A DNA stretch of 63,849 bases, taken from assembly GCF_016433145.1 (NCBI RefSeq), contig NC_058131.1, forward strand, positions 556,366,887-556,430,735, written 5' to 3'. The translations under genes were made by a program, and so were the position numbers. Origin of the DNA: Gracilinanus agilis (Eukaryota). How positions within the stretch are numbered: the stretch's first letter is position 1; each line of letters opens with the position of its first letter. The notes beneath the pieces were generated by a model, which was not told where the DNA came from, did not search any database, and saw only the letters and a list, made by a program, of their open reading frames with translations. Shown one piece after another: positions 36,251 through 49,054 of the stretch.

Positions 36251-36974
36251 AAGAATGTATATGTGGGTATAAAATGATTTTTTCCAATTAAAATGTTTAA
36301 ATGATGCAAACCTAATGCCTGATGTAGTAGCAGTCAGTTCTACAGAACAACGGTAACAGAATATGGATAGGTCTGCCCTGCTTAGATTACTAGTTCAGTA
36401 ATAGTTAGCTGGGTTTGTGTGTGTATGTTATTTATTTGTTAATTCTTTTCCCCTTGTTTTTAAAAAGATATATAGCCAAGAAAGTGTGTTGGGTAGATCA
36501 CACTTCAGAGTGACCTGGCTGCTTTTGAACCACAAGTCTAAGGCTGGATGACTCATCTACTTTTGGACCAGTTAAAAAGGACTTCAATTATTATTATTGT
36601 TTATTTTGCCTAAAGTATCATTTCACTCTTTGTTATCAGGGAATTCAATTAGCCCCTTTTTCTGCCCATTTTTAAAATTAGAAACATAATCTATATAAGG
36701 AGATAGAATATTTAGGATACATAAAGAATTGTTTGGGGAAATTTTTCTTCATTGAAACATAGATAAAAGATGTAGCTTGTGTCAGAGGATGCAGATCTAC
36801 ATCTTGCTTCTAATCCTTACTACTCTAGGTGACTTTGGGCAAGTTACTTTACCTTCTTAGGTCTCAATGTCCTTATTTACAAGATGTGGTGGTTGGATCA
36901 GAGGTTCTTTAACATTTTTGTGACATAGAGTAAAGTTAAGATGGAAAAGCCATTGGAATTATTTTTCAATTATT

Positions 36975-37310
36975 TATATTTTATTATATTAAAATACCCA
37001 GTTCAGTTCTTCCCTCCCTTTCCTCTCCCTATTAGAGAAGGCAGCATTTGACAAAAAGATATAGATGTATATAAAATTATGTCTTATTAATTTCCATTAA
37101 TCATTTCTTTCTCTGGAGGTAGATATATACAAGTCATTCTTCAAACAATACTTCAGTTGCTGTATATAATGATCTCTGGATTCTGCTCACTTCATTCCTC
37201 ATATTTTCATGTAGGTCTTCCCAAAGTTAACCTGTTTGTCATTTCCTATGGCACAGTAATGTTCCATCACAGTCATATGCCATAACTTGTTTAGACATTT
37301 CCAAATTGGT
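36975..37310 (-). mobile_element. Old L1 3'UTR fragment
   Basis: Antisense L1 3' end motifs. Confidence 0.55.
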
Positions 37311-38326
37311 GAATAATTTTTTAACTACATTAAGAATACACAAGATTGTGAAGGAAGTCAATTTAGAGTGAGATAGGGTTCAAAGTATTTTTAAAAGATA
37401 AGTCCATTAACTCCAAGTAAAGAATCTCTTCCTTCTACCTATAAATCTTAAGAACAATTTAGTTTTAGTCATAGAATACAATCATTTTCTCATCCCATTT
37501 CCACACTTGCACCTACCAATATGCTACTTGTGGGATCATTTTTGCATTTATATCATTTTCACATACTATAGACACATATAAAGGTTCCAAGTATAAAGCA
37601 TAGCTTCCTCTAGCTTGGAAAAATTCAGAGGTGTTCTGGTCCTGGAAAAATCACCACATGTAGTCTGAAAGTTTCTATGAGGCTGTTCTCATTAATATCT
37701 ATATAAGTAATGTTAGTAGTAATCACAAAATGTAATTCACTGTTGAACCTTACAGTATTAGTGTGAAGATCAAATGAGTTTATGTAAAGTGCTTTTAAAC
37801 CACACAAATTAAAGCTATTATTATTATTAGGAATCAGAATAGGAAAATTGTTAGGATTGAACCAATATAACTCAACATTTCAGTCTTGCAAACTTGTGTT
37901 TCTCTTATTCTGTCCTAAGGATTAATACAAGACACTTTAAATTCACTCTAGTCAGAAAAACTTTCATTGGTTGCATCATATGGGGAAAGATATTCTTCCA
38001 TTCCAACATTATGCCACCCTTCTTATATGAATGTGAAGAATGAGACTGATTATTAGTAATCATCTGTTTCTACCTCATTATATTATAGATTAGGAAAATG
38101 GGTCACAGAGAAACAAAACTACTTAATTCAGCTATGTAATCTTAGGCAAGTAATTTAACTTCTGTCTGTTCAATCATTTTTCTCTACTGTAAAATAAGGA
38201 TAATAATATCTCCTACCTCCCAAGGATGTTCTTGGTATAAAATGAGACAATTTCCATATAGTTATTTGGAAAAAAAGAGGGCATGATATGAATTCTACCT
38301 ATTAGTTATTATCTGCATGTATAGAC

Positions 38327-38706
38327 TGTTGTAGGAATATGTAGGAATATATTTAGCTAAGAGAGGGAGCAGACTTGGCTGACAAGAGAATTTGGAATCT
38401 GGAGAGAGGGGACACAGTGACTCTGACAATCTGGCAGTTTGAAGCTGTCATGGAAGCCTGTGGATTTTATGGTGGATTGGTCAGACTCAACATCTTTGTA
38501 GCTGTTTCTTTGGATCTTAGATTGTGTTATCTTCAAGCAAGCCCAGTGAAGTAGTAGGTTGAGAAGTGGATTTTATCTGGTGTGGTGGACACTCAGAGAA
38601 TATCCCATCTCCCTCTCTTCACCCTTGGAACTAACTTGCTGTGTATCCTGTCTCCTGTAACAGCTTTTGAAAATATCAATCTGTCTGAAAACATCAAGCT
38701 GTTACA
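38327..38706. mobile_element. Possible short solo LTR
   Basis: TGTTG...TTACA ends around a higher-GC block. TSD not matched. Confidence 0.3.
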
Positions 38707-40332
38707 GAACATTTTGAAAACAAGTGCAGAGAGGGAAGAAGGGAGAGAGGCAATATAGATCATATAACTTCAGAAAGCTTACATGGAAATTTGTTATTAA
38801 ATTTAAAAATAAAAAATGTGGTTGACTATATTGATTAATTTTCAACAATAAAAATAGTGAGGAAGGGACACTGAGAAATCATTTGTCCTATCTAAATCAC
38901 AGATTCCCCTACATGAAGACTTTTTCTATGGGGTATCAATGCAGTTGATTAATTCACAGGAAAATATTCAAGTTATAATAAATCTATCCAATATATTAAT
39001 TTAGAGGAAAAAACAAATTATCAGTTGTTTCATTATACATATATATATATATATACAAACACACACATATATGGATGTATATTATATGCCTATATTTATA
39101 GATTAATCTTTTCCCTTTTCAACCCAACATTTGCATATCATGAAGTTACAGCTAGAACAAATGAGTTAATGATAAAACAAAATTTCATCTATTATAGAGA
39201 CGTAAACCTTTTCAATGTAAAAAATACAATTTCTGCTTGTTTTAGTTTTGTTTGTTTTTCAACTTAAAGGCCATGCCAATAACTCTCAGCATGAAGGATA
39301 AATTCTCTTTAGAAAATTTATAGGAAGACATGAACAAGAATTGAATAGGCTTAGAAGATACATATGTGTGAGCCTGTCTGGGTTTATCTGTAGATGTGTG
39401 ATATGCTTGTCAGTTTGTTACTGACCTCACTGAAGAATTATAGCCTTCTTGCACTCTTTCTTCAAAAACTTGTTACATCTTAAAAAACTTGAATCCTCCT
39501 TTTTCAGTTTCCCTCCTATTTCTCTCAGCACTTACTTGCTCCCCTATAAAACCTGGTGTCCCTTCAGGAATGATTTGATAATAAAAGTAATAAGACTGGA
39601 CACAACTTCCTATTACTATAATTTTTGCAATCTTGTTTTCTCACCTACCAGTTATGGAGCATGCCAGAGAAGTTCTTTTTGGAGTCTGAGAAACTAAGTT
39701 CTTCACCTTTTCTTAGTGTAAGTTGATTTACTTCAAAATGTAGATCTTTGCAAACTCCTCTTTTTGTAGTGAACTGGAAGACAGTCAACATTTTACATAA
39801 GTGACCAATGAAGCTTTTGAGACCTGTAAATACACAACAAAAGCCCATTGTGCAATGGGCATTATTAAAGCCTTTAACTAGGTTTTCCCAACGGTGTGAA
39901 AGGGACAACTTCTTAAACTAGAGTTTATGATTAGCAGGGATTGTTAGGACAATAAGAGGGAAAGCTATAGGTATCTGCACCTTTGCTGTGACATAAAATA
40001 TGTTGAATCCTGTGCAATTCCAGTCACTATATAGGGAAATTTTTGCATCAAAAGAGATTCTTGTGTTAGACATAGGAAAACCTTAGCAAACAGAAAATCT
40101 TAGCAAGCAAGAGCGGGCTATGTTCTTGTCCCATTCAGTATATAGTGAAGTTTTTGTTTTTTTTCAGTGTATACTTCTCAGAATGTCCATGGACTTAAAA
40201 AATCAATGGAGTCTCACAACAGTTCAAGAGATTATTGTCAAAAATCCCCTCCCAAATCAAAATAATAATGACTAGTAAGTGAAAATCTCTTTCTCTTCTA
40301 ACTAATCTACCTTCTAAATTCATACTCCAGAC

Positions 40333-40557
40333 CAGGGGTCAGCAACGTATGGCTCTTGAGCCATATCTGGCTCTTTTGAGGGCCAGATATGGCTCTTTCT
40401 GCAGGAGTCATAAAGTCGATTATTTTTCAGGTGCTGTTACAGGAGCGCATACTGTTACAGGAGTGCACACTGTGAGCACTGTACGGCTCACATGAAATTA
40501 CATTTTAAAAAATGTGGCGTTTATGGCTCTCACGGACAAAAAGGTTGCCAACCCCTG
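40333..40557. mobile_element. hAT (Charlie-group) MITE, 225 bp
   Basis: TIRs CAGGGGTCAGCAACGT / CAGGGGTTGGCAACCT. 8-bp TSD CTCCAGAC/CTCCAGAG. Confidence 0.92.
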
Positions 40558-40699
40558 CTCCAGAGCCTTTTTCCTACTTTCATCCATTTAACTTAAAGGC
40601 AGTTCCTTAATTTCCAGAGTGGGTACAAATATTTATTTACTTCCACTTGAACTGGGTTCTCCCATGCAAAATAGATTTACAAGAAAATATAATTGTTAA

Positions 40700-41610
40700 T
40701 CAGCAAATATTTATTGATCATCCAATATGCAACATATACTATGTTAAGTACTGGGAATGAAAAAAATAAAAGTGAAACAGGTCCTACTCTCAAAGAGTTT
40801 ACATTCTAATGATGGAAACAATATAGCATATATACAGAATATATATAAAATTAATACATTGTTGATTAGAGAGGGGGAAGCAGCTAAAGTCATTCATTTG
40901 AATTATGGTTACTCAGAACATTGATAATTTGTAAAAAATAGAGCTAACATTTAACTATTCTGTTATGGAAGGGTTCATCAAAATGAATTGTCCAAAGGCC
41001 ACTTCAGGTAATATCTTTATTATTTTATTAGGACCCATGATTTCAGCAGGATAGAGAACTCCTAATGTGAAATCTCTACCAGATGAACAAATAATCTGTA
41101 ATTTAATGAAAGATTGAGTGAGTTGTCTGTGTTTATGCAAATAATGTTAGAGGAAAGGTTTGAACCCAGGACTTCCTGGCTCTGCTTCTGATTCTTCAAA
41201 TGTCAGTACCATGCCTCAGTTGCCTTCCCCCACAGCAAGTTCTCTAATTACCTTAGACTTCCTCGCCCTGGAACATCCTTTCCCTTTGCAGATCCCTTCT
41301 CCCAATATTGAGTTCCTTCCAGAATCTCTGTTCTGAGGAAGAACTCAGGGCAACCATCCTTTTAATCTCTCCTGGTTCTATTTCTGACTCTCAGGACATT
41401 GTCACCTATATCCTATGTAGGTATCTCCCTTTTCTCATCCTATTCTGTCCACCAGCTTTTCAGATCCCTTTTATATGTTACTCTCTTCCATTAGACTATA
41501 AGCTCTTTGAAGGGAAGGGTTGTCTTTTTTTGCTGTCATTTGTAGGTGTCTCCCTTGTTTCAGTTCCTGGAACACAATAAAGACTTAACAAAATTCTTGT
41601 TGGTTTACTG
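40700..41610. mobile_element. L2 and MIR remnants (~40700-40830 -, 41100-41220 -, 41250-41610 +)
   Basis: L2 tail motifs and antisense CORE. Confidence 0.5.
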
Positions 41611-42216
41611 AATCCAAAGCTGGTTCTATGTCCACTAAACAATACTGCAAGGAATATATTTACTATCAGACCAAAATGGTTTCAAATGTAGAGATTAAAA
41701 TTAATATTCAAAGAACTAAATATTATATTTTTTAAAAGTTTTATTAGTAAAAAACTAACATAAAATACTAGAGTGAAAAAGGTGCTAAACTCATGTCATC
41801 CATACTCATGAATGAGACCATACTGCAAGGAACATATTTACTATCAGACCAAAATGTTTTCAGAAAAAATAAAATCATGTTGTTTACCAAATCTATTTTA
41901 CACACAAATGTAATGTATAATTATCTTATACATCTATGATTTATCATCTATTATCTATCACCTTTCAATCTTTATATCTATCTACTTATCTATCTCTATG
42001 TAGCTACAAGCAATTTTTTATCTGCAAAATATATATTTAGCATGGTCTATATGTGAAAATGTTAGGGCACATGTGTAAGCTATGATAAATGATGACCTGT
42101 TGATTTTCCCATCTACCTTATCTTTAACCTTGCTTTTTAGAGTATCATTAAAAGATGATTAGTGTCACTATAGAAGTAACAGATATGCAAAAAAGTAATG
42201 GCCATGAATATGGGTT

Positions 42217-43185
42217 CTAGTTATGAGGGGCCCTCATTGCCAGGAACTGTGAAAGCTGTCTGGAATTCAGGAGCTGACCTCTCAGTTTCTGCATTGCTGA
42301 TTTCATCTCTTTGTTTCTCAAGGTATAGATAATGGGGTTTAAGAGTGGGGTAAAGACAGTGTAAAATACAGAAAGGACTTTATCCATGGGAAAATTGCTG
42401 AATGGCCAAGCATAGATAAAGATGCAGGGTCCAAAGAACAATGTTACAACAGTGATATGAGCTGTTAAAGTGGCCTGTGCCTTAGCCATGCTAGCTGAAG
42501 AGTGATACTTCACAGTGACCAAGATGACTGTATAGGAAATTAGCAGCAGTATAAAGGAGATCACGGCCATCAGTCCACTGTCAGAGAGCATCATTATCTC
42601 TAGGATATATGTATCCACACAGGCAAGTTTGATGACCAGGGGAAGATCACAGAAAAAACTGTCTACTTCATTGGGACCACAGAAGGGCAGGTTCACAGTG
42701 AAGGCCAACTGGCTCAAGGAATGCAGGAGTCCAATGACCCATGAAGCCACAACTAATCCTGCACATTTCTGCAAACTCATAATGGTTGCATAATGTAGAG
42801 GTTTGCAAATAGCCACATATCTGTCATATGACATGGCCACAAGAAGCACCATTTCACCACCAGCAAAGACATGGAGAAAGAATATCTGTGTCATGCAACC
42901 ATTGAAGGAGATGCTCTTGTGTTCCAAAAGGAAGTCTGTAATCATTTTGGGTGTGGCAAAAGTAGATAGGCATACATCAATAAAGGACAGGTTACTTAGC
43001 AGGAAGTACATGGGAGTGTGCAGGACAGGTTCAGAGATCACTGTGAGAACAATGAAGAAATTACCCAGTAAAATAGCCACATAGAACAAGGTAAAAAACA
43101 GAAAGTAGAAAATTTGGAGCTCTGAGGACCCAGAAAACCCCAACAATATAAACTCAGCTACTCCTGAATAATTTGATTTGTCCAT
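42217..43185 (-). CDS. Olfactory receptor, OR4K family (OR4K15-related clade), 322 aa
   Basis: Intact ORF: LHTPMYFLL, MSYDRYVAICKPLHY, SASMAKAQATLTAH, PLLNPIIYTLRN. The ORF-track start at 43200 is TTG; the ATG is at 43185. Acceptor at 43219-43220. Confidence 0.93.
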   Translation of the reverse strand: MDKSNYSGVAEFILLGFSGSSELQIFYFLFFTLFYVAILLGNFFIVLTVISEPVLHTPMYFLLSNLSFIDVCLSTFATPKMITDFLLEHKSISFNGCMTQIFFLHVFAGGEMVLLVAMSYDRYVAICKPLHYATIMSLQKCAGLVVASWVIGLLHSLSQLAFTVNLPFCGPNEVDSFFCDLPLVIKLACVDTYILEIMMLSDSGLMAVISFILLLISYTVILVTVKYHSSASMAKAQATLTAHITVVTLFFGPCIFIYAWPFSNFPMDKVLSVFYTVFTPLLNPIIYTLRNKEMKSAMQKLRGQLLNSRQLSQFLAMRAPHN

Positions 43186-43394
43186 GGTCTCAAGTTTCAA
43201 AATTGGCTTAGACGTTTTCTGTGGAAAATTGGAAAAAGAATTGAAAATTATATCAAAGAATAATTAGAGAAATAAAAAAATGAAAGACGTAATCAGAAGA
43301 CAAATTCCCATTGAATGACAATTCGACTTATATCTTCTTCAGTACTTTGTTAAATACATAAACACATATGCATGCGTGCCTGGTGCCAGTGAGC

Positions 43395-43397
<3 letters not shown>

Positions 43398-43436
<39 letters not shown>
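43398..43436. repeat. (CA)n microsatellite
   Basis: Directly visible. Confidence 0.95.
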
Positions 43437-43438
<2 letters not shown>

Positions 43439-45329
43439 CATTTTCTTTCATAGGAAGTGTATATGTATTCTCTTACCCTTTAGAAGAGTATCCTCACATG
43501 TTATAACGATGCCAAGATGCCCACTGCTAATTAATTAATTCAGATTCAACTGATTTAGAATTTATGATAATTCAGATAGAGGCTCTTCTTAAACTTACCT
43601 TTATACATGCATACATATACATACACATATACATATATAAGCTATATGTCAAGAAAACGAATAGTTTAAATAAAACTGTATTGAATATGTTTCAACTTAG
43701 AAAAAATGTTATTTAGAACTGTAATAGCAATTGTGCATATATGAGTAACAAGTGGATGGGTATAAAAGATATAAAAGAAAGTACTTCATTAAGATTTTAT
43801 TAAATGCTAATTTCCATGTCATTTTTATCTGTTCTTTTAGACTAAGATGCCAAGACCTCTATTTGCTACCATTTTGTTAGCTTAGTAGGGGTTCTTGCAT
43901 AGATATGAAGAAAATGAAATGATTAAAAAGTAGAGCTCATACAAGAAATTCACTAGATGTTGTTTGACTTACCCTATAAATCTAAGATGCTATGGTTTTG
44001 ATAAAACCGCATTTCTTTTAAATATTCTGTAATTAGGAATATCACCAACTTGGACTAGACTTTTCCCCAACTTTTCTAAATTGATGCAATCATAGGAGTA
44101 TAGATCTAGAGATGAAAGGAATTTTAGAGTTCATGTAGCCTACTCCCTCTAATTTTACAAATAAACTGATCTTTTTTGGTATTCTCTAGTATTAGTTTTA
44201 AAAAGAAGATTCCACTAATGGAATTTATGACCAAGATTTGAATCTGGGTCTCATTTACTAGACATACAAAATTATGGGCTTGACAATATTGTAGTATCAC
44301 AGAAATTTCATGCTAGAAAGTGCCATGACAGTCACCTTGACCATTCCATTCATGAATGAGCTCCCTATAACATCCCTGACAAGCCATCAAATTTTAATAT
44401 AGGCCAAGGAAAAAACTAAACATTTAAATTTAAGCAACATTTGCTGGTTACCTATACTAAATATCAGTGAAACAAAAGAACAAATTTAGACATCACCAGA
44501 GCCTAAATCAGAGTGGGAGAGGGAGATGCCTAGGTTGTAATAATATGGTTCTCTTCTTAAAATAGCTCTTTATAAATGAACATAAGGAATGCTAGAAAAC
44601 CCCATTCTCTATATCATGTATTTATTTTGTTAATCAGGTCATAGTAGTAAAAAGGAAAGCATAGTCTCCTTTAGACAGTAATAGACAGGTCCCATTATTT
44701 TCAAATCTTGAGTGAGAAGAGTTGTGCCTAAGACAAAGCAATGCTTTGTCAGACTGGAAGTCTCAGTACCTGGGTCAGCATAAAAGGATCCCCATTTTAA
44801 GATGAGAAGTTTAATGAATAAAAAAAACAGTATGCAAATAAGTTATGGCTGAAAGAAAAGAAACAGCAAAATAAAAACAATAACTTTGAATAGATTTAAA
44901 TTCAGAGTGCAATAAATTTTATATTTTTCTAAAAAGAAGACCAAAGAAAACATTTCTTAATGTAAGTTGTCTGAATATGAATATTTCTTGTGGGAGGTAT
45001 TATTGAGAGATAAACAAAACTTACATGTGCCATTCTGAAATTGCCATATAGATTCATTGACAGTGTGGGTATCTCTACATTCTCTTCATTTCAGGCACTC
45101 CAAATGAATAAGCTGTGCTATAGTGACTTTAATAAATAAGTACTCCTTTCTTACTGCCTACTATCTTCTCATTTGGACCATTTAACTTCTCTTTGAGAGA
45201 TATGAACAATGAAGGTGGCATGGGGATTTAAGTCTGCTCATTGATTGGAAGGAAGTTTTGTTCCAGAGAGATAAAATGTTCTTAACATATTTCTTCCATA
45301 CCTGAACATGAGGGAATTGAGAACAGGAC

Positions 45330-45560
45330 CTTGAAACAAGATAGATAGATTCAAATCCACCCATAGACACTTTCTCCCTGTGTGACCCTGCACAATTTAC
45401 TAAGCTTTCTCTGTTTCAGTTTCTATACCTGTAAAGTGGTAATAATAATATCTATCTCCCAGGGTTCTTGTGAGGACCAAATGAGTTAAATTTGTAAAGC
45501 ACTTAGCATATTGCTTGGCACATAGTAAGCACTATATAAATGTTAGCTATTATTATTATT
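45330..45560 (+). mobile_element. MIR
   Basis: 'gtgtgaccctgcac...tttcagtttctatacctgtaaagtgg...aaagcacttagc...tattattatt'. Confidence 0.75.
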
Positions 45561-46109
45561 ATTTGCTATTATTAGTGTTTTCCTAAAATAAAGAAAGAAC
45601 AAACATAAGAGACAAAAGTAGCTTGAATCCAAGCACAAACTTGCCTAATTGAATCATCATGCACTAGCTACTATATGGATACATTCCCCATAGTGTTGAG
45701 ATGAAACAGGATAACTGGAATTGTTGGATTTACATAGTTTCATTTGGAGTGTCTAAGTAAGAGTGTGTCAACAAGAGCTTGTCAGCCGAAAGTTGCCATC
45801 CAATTACTGAACTTGCATTCTCTACAGATGTTGAAGGAAGAGGGAGAACAAAGGTAAATAGTGTTTACCACGTCTAACTGAAATACAAAGTCACCATATG
45901 GCCAGAAACAGCCCCCAAAGTTCTCGTGTTTTGGCCAGAAACTGAAACAAGTTCTCTGAGCACATTCCATGGTACAGCTACAGTAGGGAAATTTAGCCTC
46001 CACTCTAGTATATTGCTGTGCAACTTTTAAAAATGATATGAATAATCCAGAAAGGCAAGGACTGACATATATTATACATATAATAAGTGAAGTAAGCATA
46101 ATGAGCAAA

Positions 46110-47470
46110 ACCTGTGGAGAGGTTAAAGAGAATGAGAACTAAAAAAAAGGTTCATGGATTTATCAACTAAGACAGTGATAGGCAAACTTTTTTAAGAGGG
46201 GGTCAAAGAAAAGGAAAAGTTCATCTGTCAGTCTGTTTCTAAGGCAACTCTTTCGAAGTTTCATTGTATTGTATTCTACTCATTGTATTCATCAGATTAG
46301 GAATAATGTCATGGGGACCAGATAGAAGATTTCAGGGGGCCACATCTGGCCCACGGGGCATAGTTTGCCCCTCACTGAACTAAGAGATCATTAATGACTT
46401 CAGAGAATAGTTTTGGTGGAATGATGAGGTTGGAAGTCAGGTGGTAAGAAGTAAGCAAGAGGAGAGAAAATGGACAGCTTTTTTTGAGGAATTTAACCAC
46501 AAAAAAGCATAATAAATATAGGATGACAATTAGCAAGGGTAAAAGGATCAGGTGAGAGTTTTTGATGCTGGAGATGATATGGGTAAGTTTGTAGGCAACA
46601 AGGAAGGAGTCAAACACAGTAAAACTGAAGATAAGATATAATGGACATGAAAGGGGTATGATAGGAGGAGGAAGATGTTCTGGAGGAGACAGAATGGCCT
46701 GCAATCACTTATGCAAGTAAATGCATTTGCTTTCTCTAAGAGTAAGGCCACTGTTTCACATGAGACAGGGGTAAAGAAGGAGATAGAAAAAAGTAGAGGG
46801 AGCTCACAGATAATGGCATCTTTTGAGGGTGGAAATGAGACAAACTTAGCTAAGAGGGCATATGGAAAGGTTGAGGAGGGATAAAAAAAAGTATCTATGA
46901 AACTGTTAAAAGTGGAATGGTGAATAGATAAGGGAGATATAAATGGACTGCCTTATAGCAGGGAAGGTCCAATTGAAGCTGTGTAACATAAATTTGTAGT
47001 GGACCTAGTTAGAATGATTGCAAGATTTCTGTGTCTTTTTTCAGGAACACATATATAGGAGCAAAGGTAACAGATTTGGGAAGTAATCAAAGGCTGAGAC
47101 TTGACAGGATGCTATCAGTGATGTGATAAGGGGTCAAGGCATTTAAAAGAAGAGGACAATTCAGAATTGAATTGGTTTTAAATCAGTGAGGATGGGGGAA
47201 AAGAAGAGAAAGTAGCTAGTGCATGGGGTGATCTGGGATAGAACTAAGGGGCTGAGGAACTGGACATCACAGTGTGGATGAAAAGTAGAATTTGGTGAGG
47301 GAAGGCAGAGGGATATGTGGAAACTCAATGGATTATGGTCAGATAAAGGGATTTTAAAATGATTGAACATGAAGGCAGTGTATTTGTGGGTCACTGAAAA
47401 ATCAAGGGCAATACCATCTTTGTGTATAGGTAAGTTGAAGTGGAGGGATATTGATCCATACAAAGTGACA
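46110..47470 (-). mobile_element. L2 LINE (ORF2 region)
   Basis: Purine-rich antisense L2, continuous across the MITE. Confidence 0.7.
46173..46377. mobile_element. hAT (OposCharlie-type) MITE, 205 bp
   Basis: TIRs CAGTGATAGGCAAACT / CAGTGAGGGGCAAACT. Perfect 8-bp TSD AACTAAGA (46165-46172 / 46378-46385). Confidence 0.93.
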
Positions 47471-47671
47471 AAACACCTTTAATAGAAATTACATGTTTCA
47501 TAAATTGTTCTGGGAATGTCTCATTTTTATCTTTTTCTTTTCCCAATTACAATGATTATATGATTCATCAGGTACAATAATGTGATAGAATTATGACAAA
47601 TAAGCAATATTAGATATTTGTTGAAATTCTTCTAGATCTATGTAAAGGAAGCTGATAAAAATAGATTTTGC

Positions 47672-47740
47672 AAAAAAAGAAAAAGGAAAAAAGAAAAATT
47701 TAAAAAAAATTTAAAAAATTTAAAAATTTAAAAAATTAAA
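47672..47740 (+). mobile_element. A-rich, bodyless retroposed insertion
   Basis: Flanked by a perfect 15-bp duplication AAAAATAGATTTTGC. Confidence 0.65.
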
Positions 47741-47895
47741 AAAAATAGATTTTGCCTTTCATAAAGTTTTGCTCTATTTTCTCCCTCTTTTGGTTACTTT
47801 TCTCAGTTTTATACAAGAACAAAAAGATGTTAAAGAAACATTTATCATGGGAAAAAAAGAAGCACACAGTGGCTATAATAGTTATGAAGGCCAAT

Positions 47896-48867
47896 TCAAG
47901 GCAGCATGTCAGTTGATACTGGAGTAGGCTGAAACATCTGCCTGACACTTATGTGCTGGTTCTTCAGCTTCTGCATGGCTGCCTTTGCCTCTTTATTTCT
48001 TAGAGTGTAGATTATTGGGTTTAATATTGGGGCAAACACAGTAGAAAACACAGAGAAGATCTTGTCTACTGGGAAGCTGCTGAAAGGCCAGACATAAATA
48101 AAAATGCAGGGTCCAAAAAAGAGAGTCACTACAGTGATATGTGCAGTTAATGTGGCACGTGCCTTAGCCATACTAGCTGATGAACGATGCTGTACAGTGA
48201 CCAGGATGACGGTGTAGGAAATGAGTACCAGGAGGAAAGAAGTCACCCCCATTAGACCACTGTCCAAGAGCATTAGCACTTCTGGAACATAAGTATCAGT
48301 GCAGGCAAGTCTGATGACCAAAGTGAGATCACAATAATAACTGTCTACTATATTGGGGCCACAGAAGGGCAAGTTTATGGTGAAGGCCAGCTGGCTTAGG
48401 GAGTGCAGAATCCCAATTACCCAGGAAGCCACCAAAAAGCCTATACACTTGTTAAAACTCATAATGGCTGCATAGTTTAAGGGTTTGCAAATGGCCACAT
48501 ATCTGTCATACGCCATTGCCACAAGGAGCACCATCTCACCACCAGCAAAGACATGAAGAAAGAATATCTGGGCCATGCAACCCTCAAAAGAGATCGTCTT
48601 TAACTCTGCAAGAAAATCAGTGATCATCTTCGGGGTTGCATAGGTAGCCAGGCAAACATCAAGGACAGAAAGGTTACTCAGCATCATATACATGGGCTTG
48701 TGTAGGACAGGTTCCAGCATCACTGTGAGCACAATTAGAAGGTTTCCCAGCACAATGGCCATATAAAGCAAAGTGAAGAGTACAAAGAAAAGAATCTGGA
48801 GTTCCCACGAAGTGGAAAGTCCAACCAATACAAATTCAGTCACCCTTGAATGATTTCCTTGGTCCAT
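47896..48867 (-). CDS. Olfactory receptor, OR4K family paralogue of 42217-43185, 323 aa
   Basis: Intact ORF: MAYDRYVAIC, SASMAKARATLTAH, PILNPIIYTLRN. Several consensus motifs altered. Acceptor at 48891-48892. Confidence 0.9.
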   Translation of the reverse strand: MDQGNHSRVTEFVLVGLSTSWELQILFFVLFTLLYMAIVLGNLLIVLTVMLEPVLHKPMYMMLSNLSVLDVCLATYATPKMITDFLAELKTISFEGCMAQIFFLHVFAGGEMVLLVAMAYDRYVAICKPLNYAAIMSFNKCIGFLVASWVIGILHSLSQLAFTINLPFCGPNIVDSYYCDLTLVIRLACTDTYVPEVLMLLDSGLMGVTSFLLVLISYTVILVTVQHRSSASMAKARATLTAHITVVTLFFGPCIFIYVWPFSSFPVDKIFSVFSTVFAPILNPIIYTLRNKEAKAAMQKLKNQHISVRQMFQPTPVSTDMLP

Positions 48868-49054
48868 TACTTCCGGCTTTGACAGTTATCCTAAAAGGAA
48901 ATTAATCAAAAAGACAAATTACTATTGAGGATATGAAAGGAATATCCATTCCTAAGACTATGTCTCATTTATGTAGAAATTTAATTACGAACATTGTTTT
49001 CTGCAAATATTAAATCATTCTATTAGGCAATAGGGATATGGTGACAAAAAAAAG

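Noticed and set aside
45782-46108. 108-aa ORF in non-repeat DNA, with exon-like splice signals on both strands
   Set aside because: No recognisable domain; more likely OR 5'UTR or regulatory sequence, or chance.
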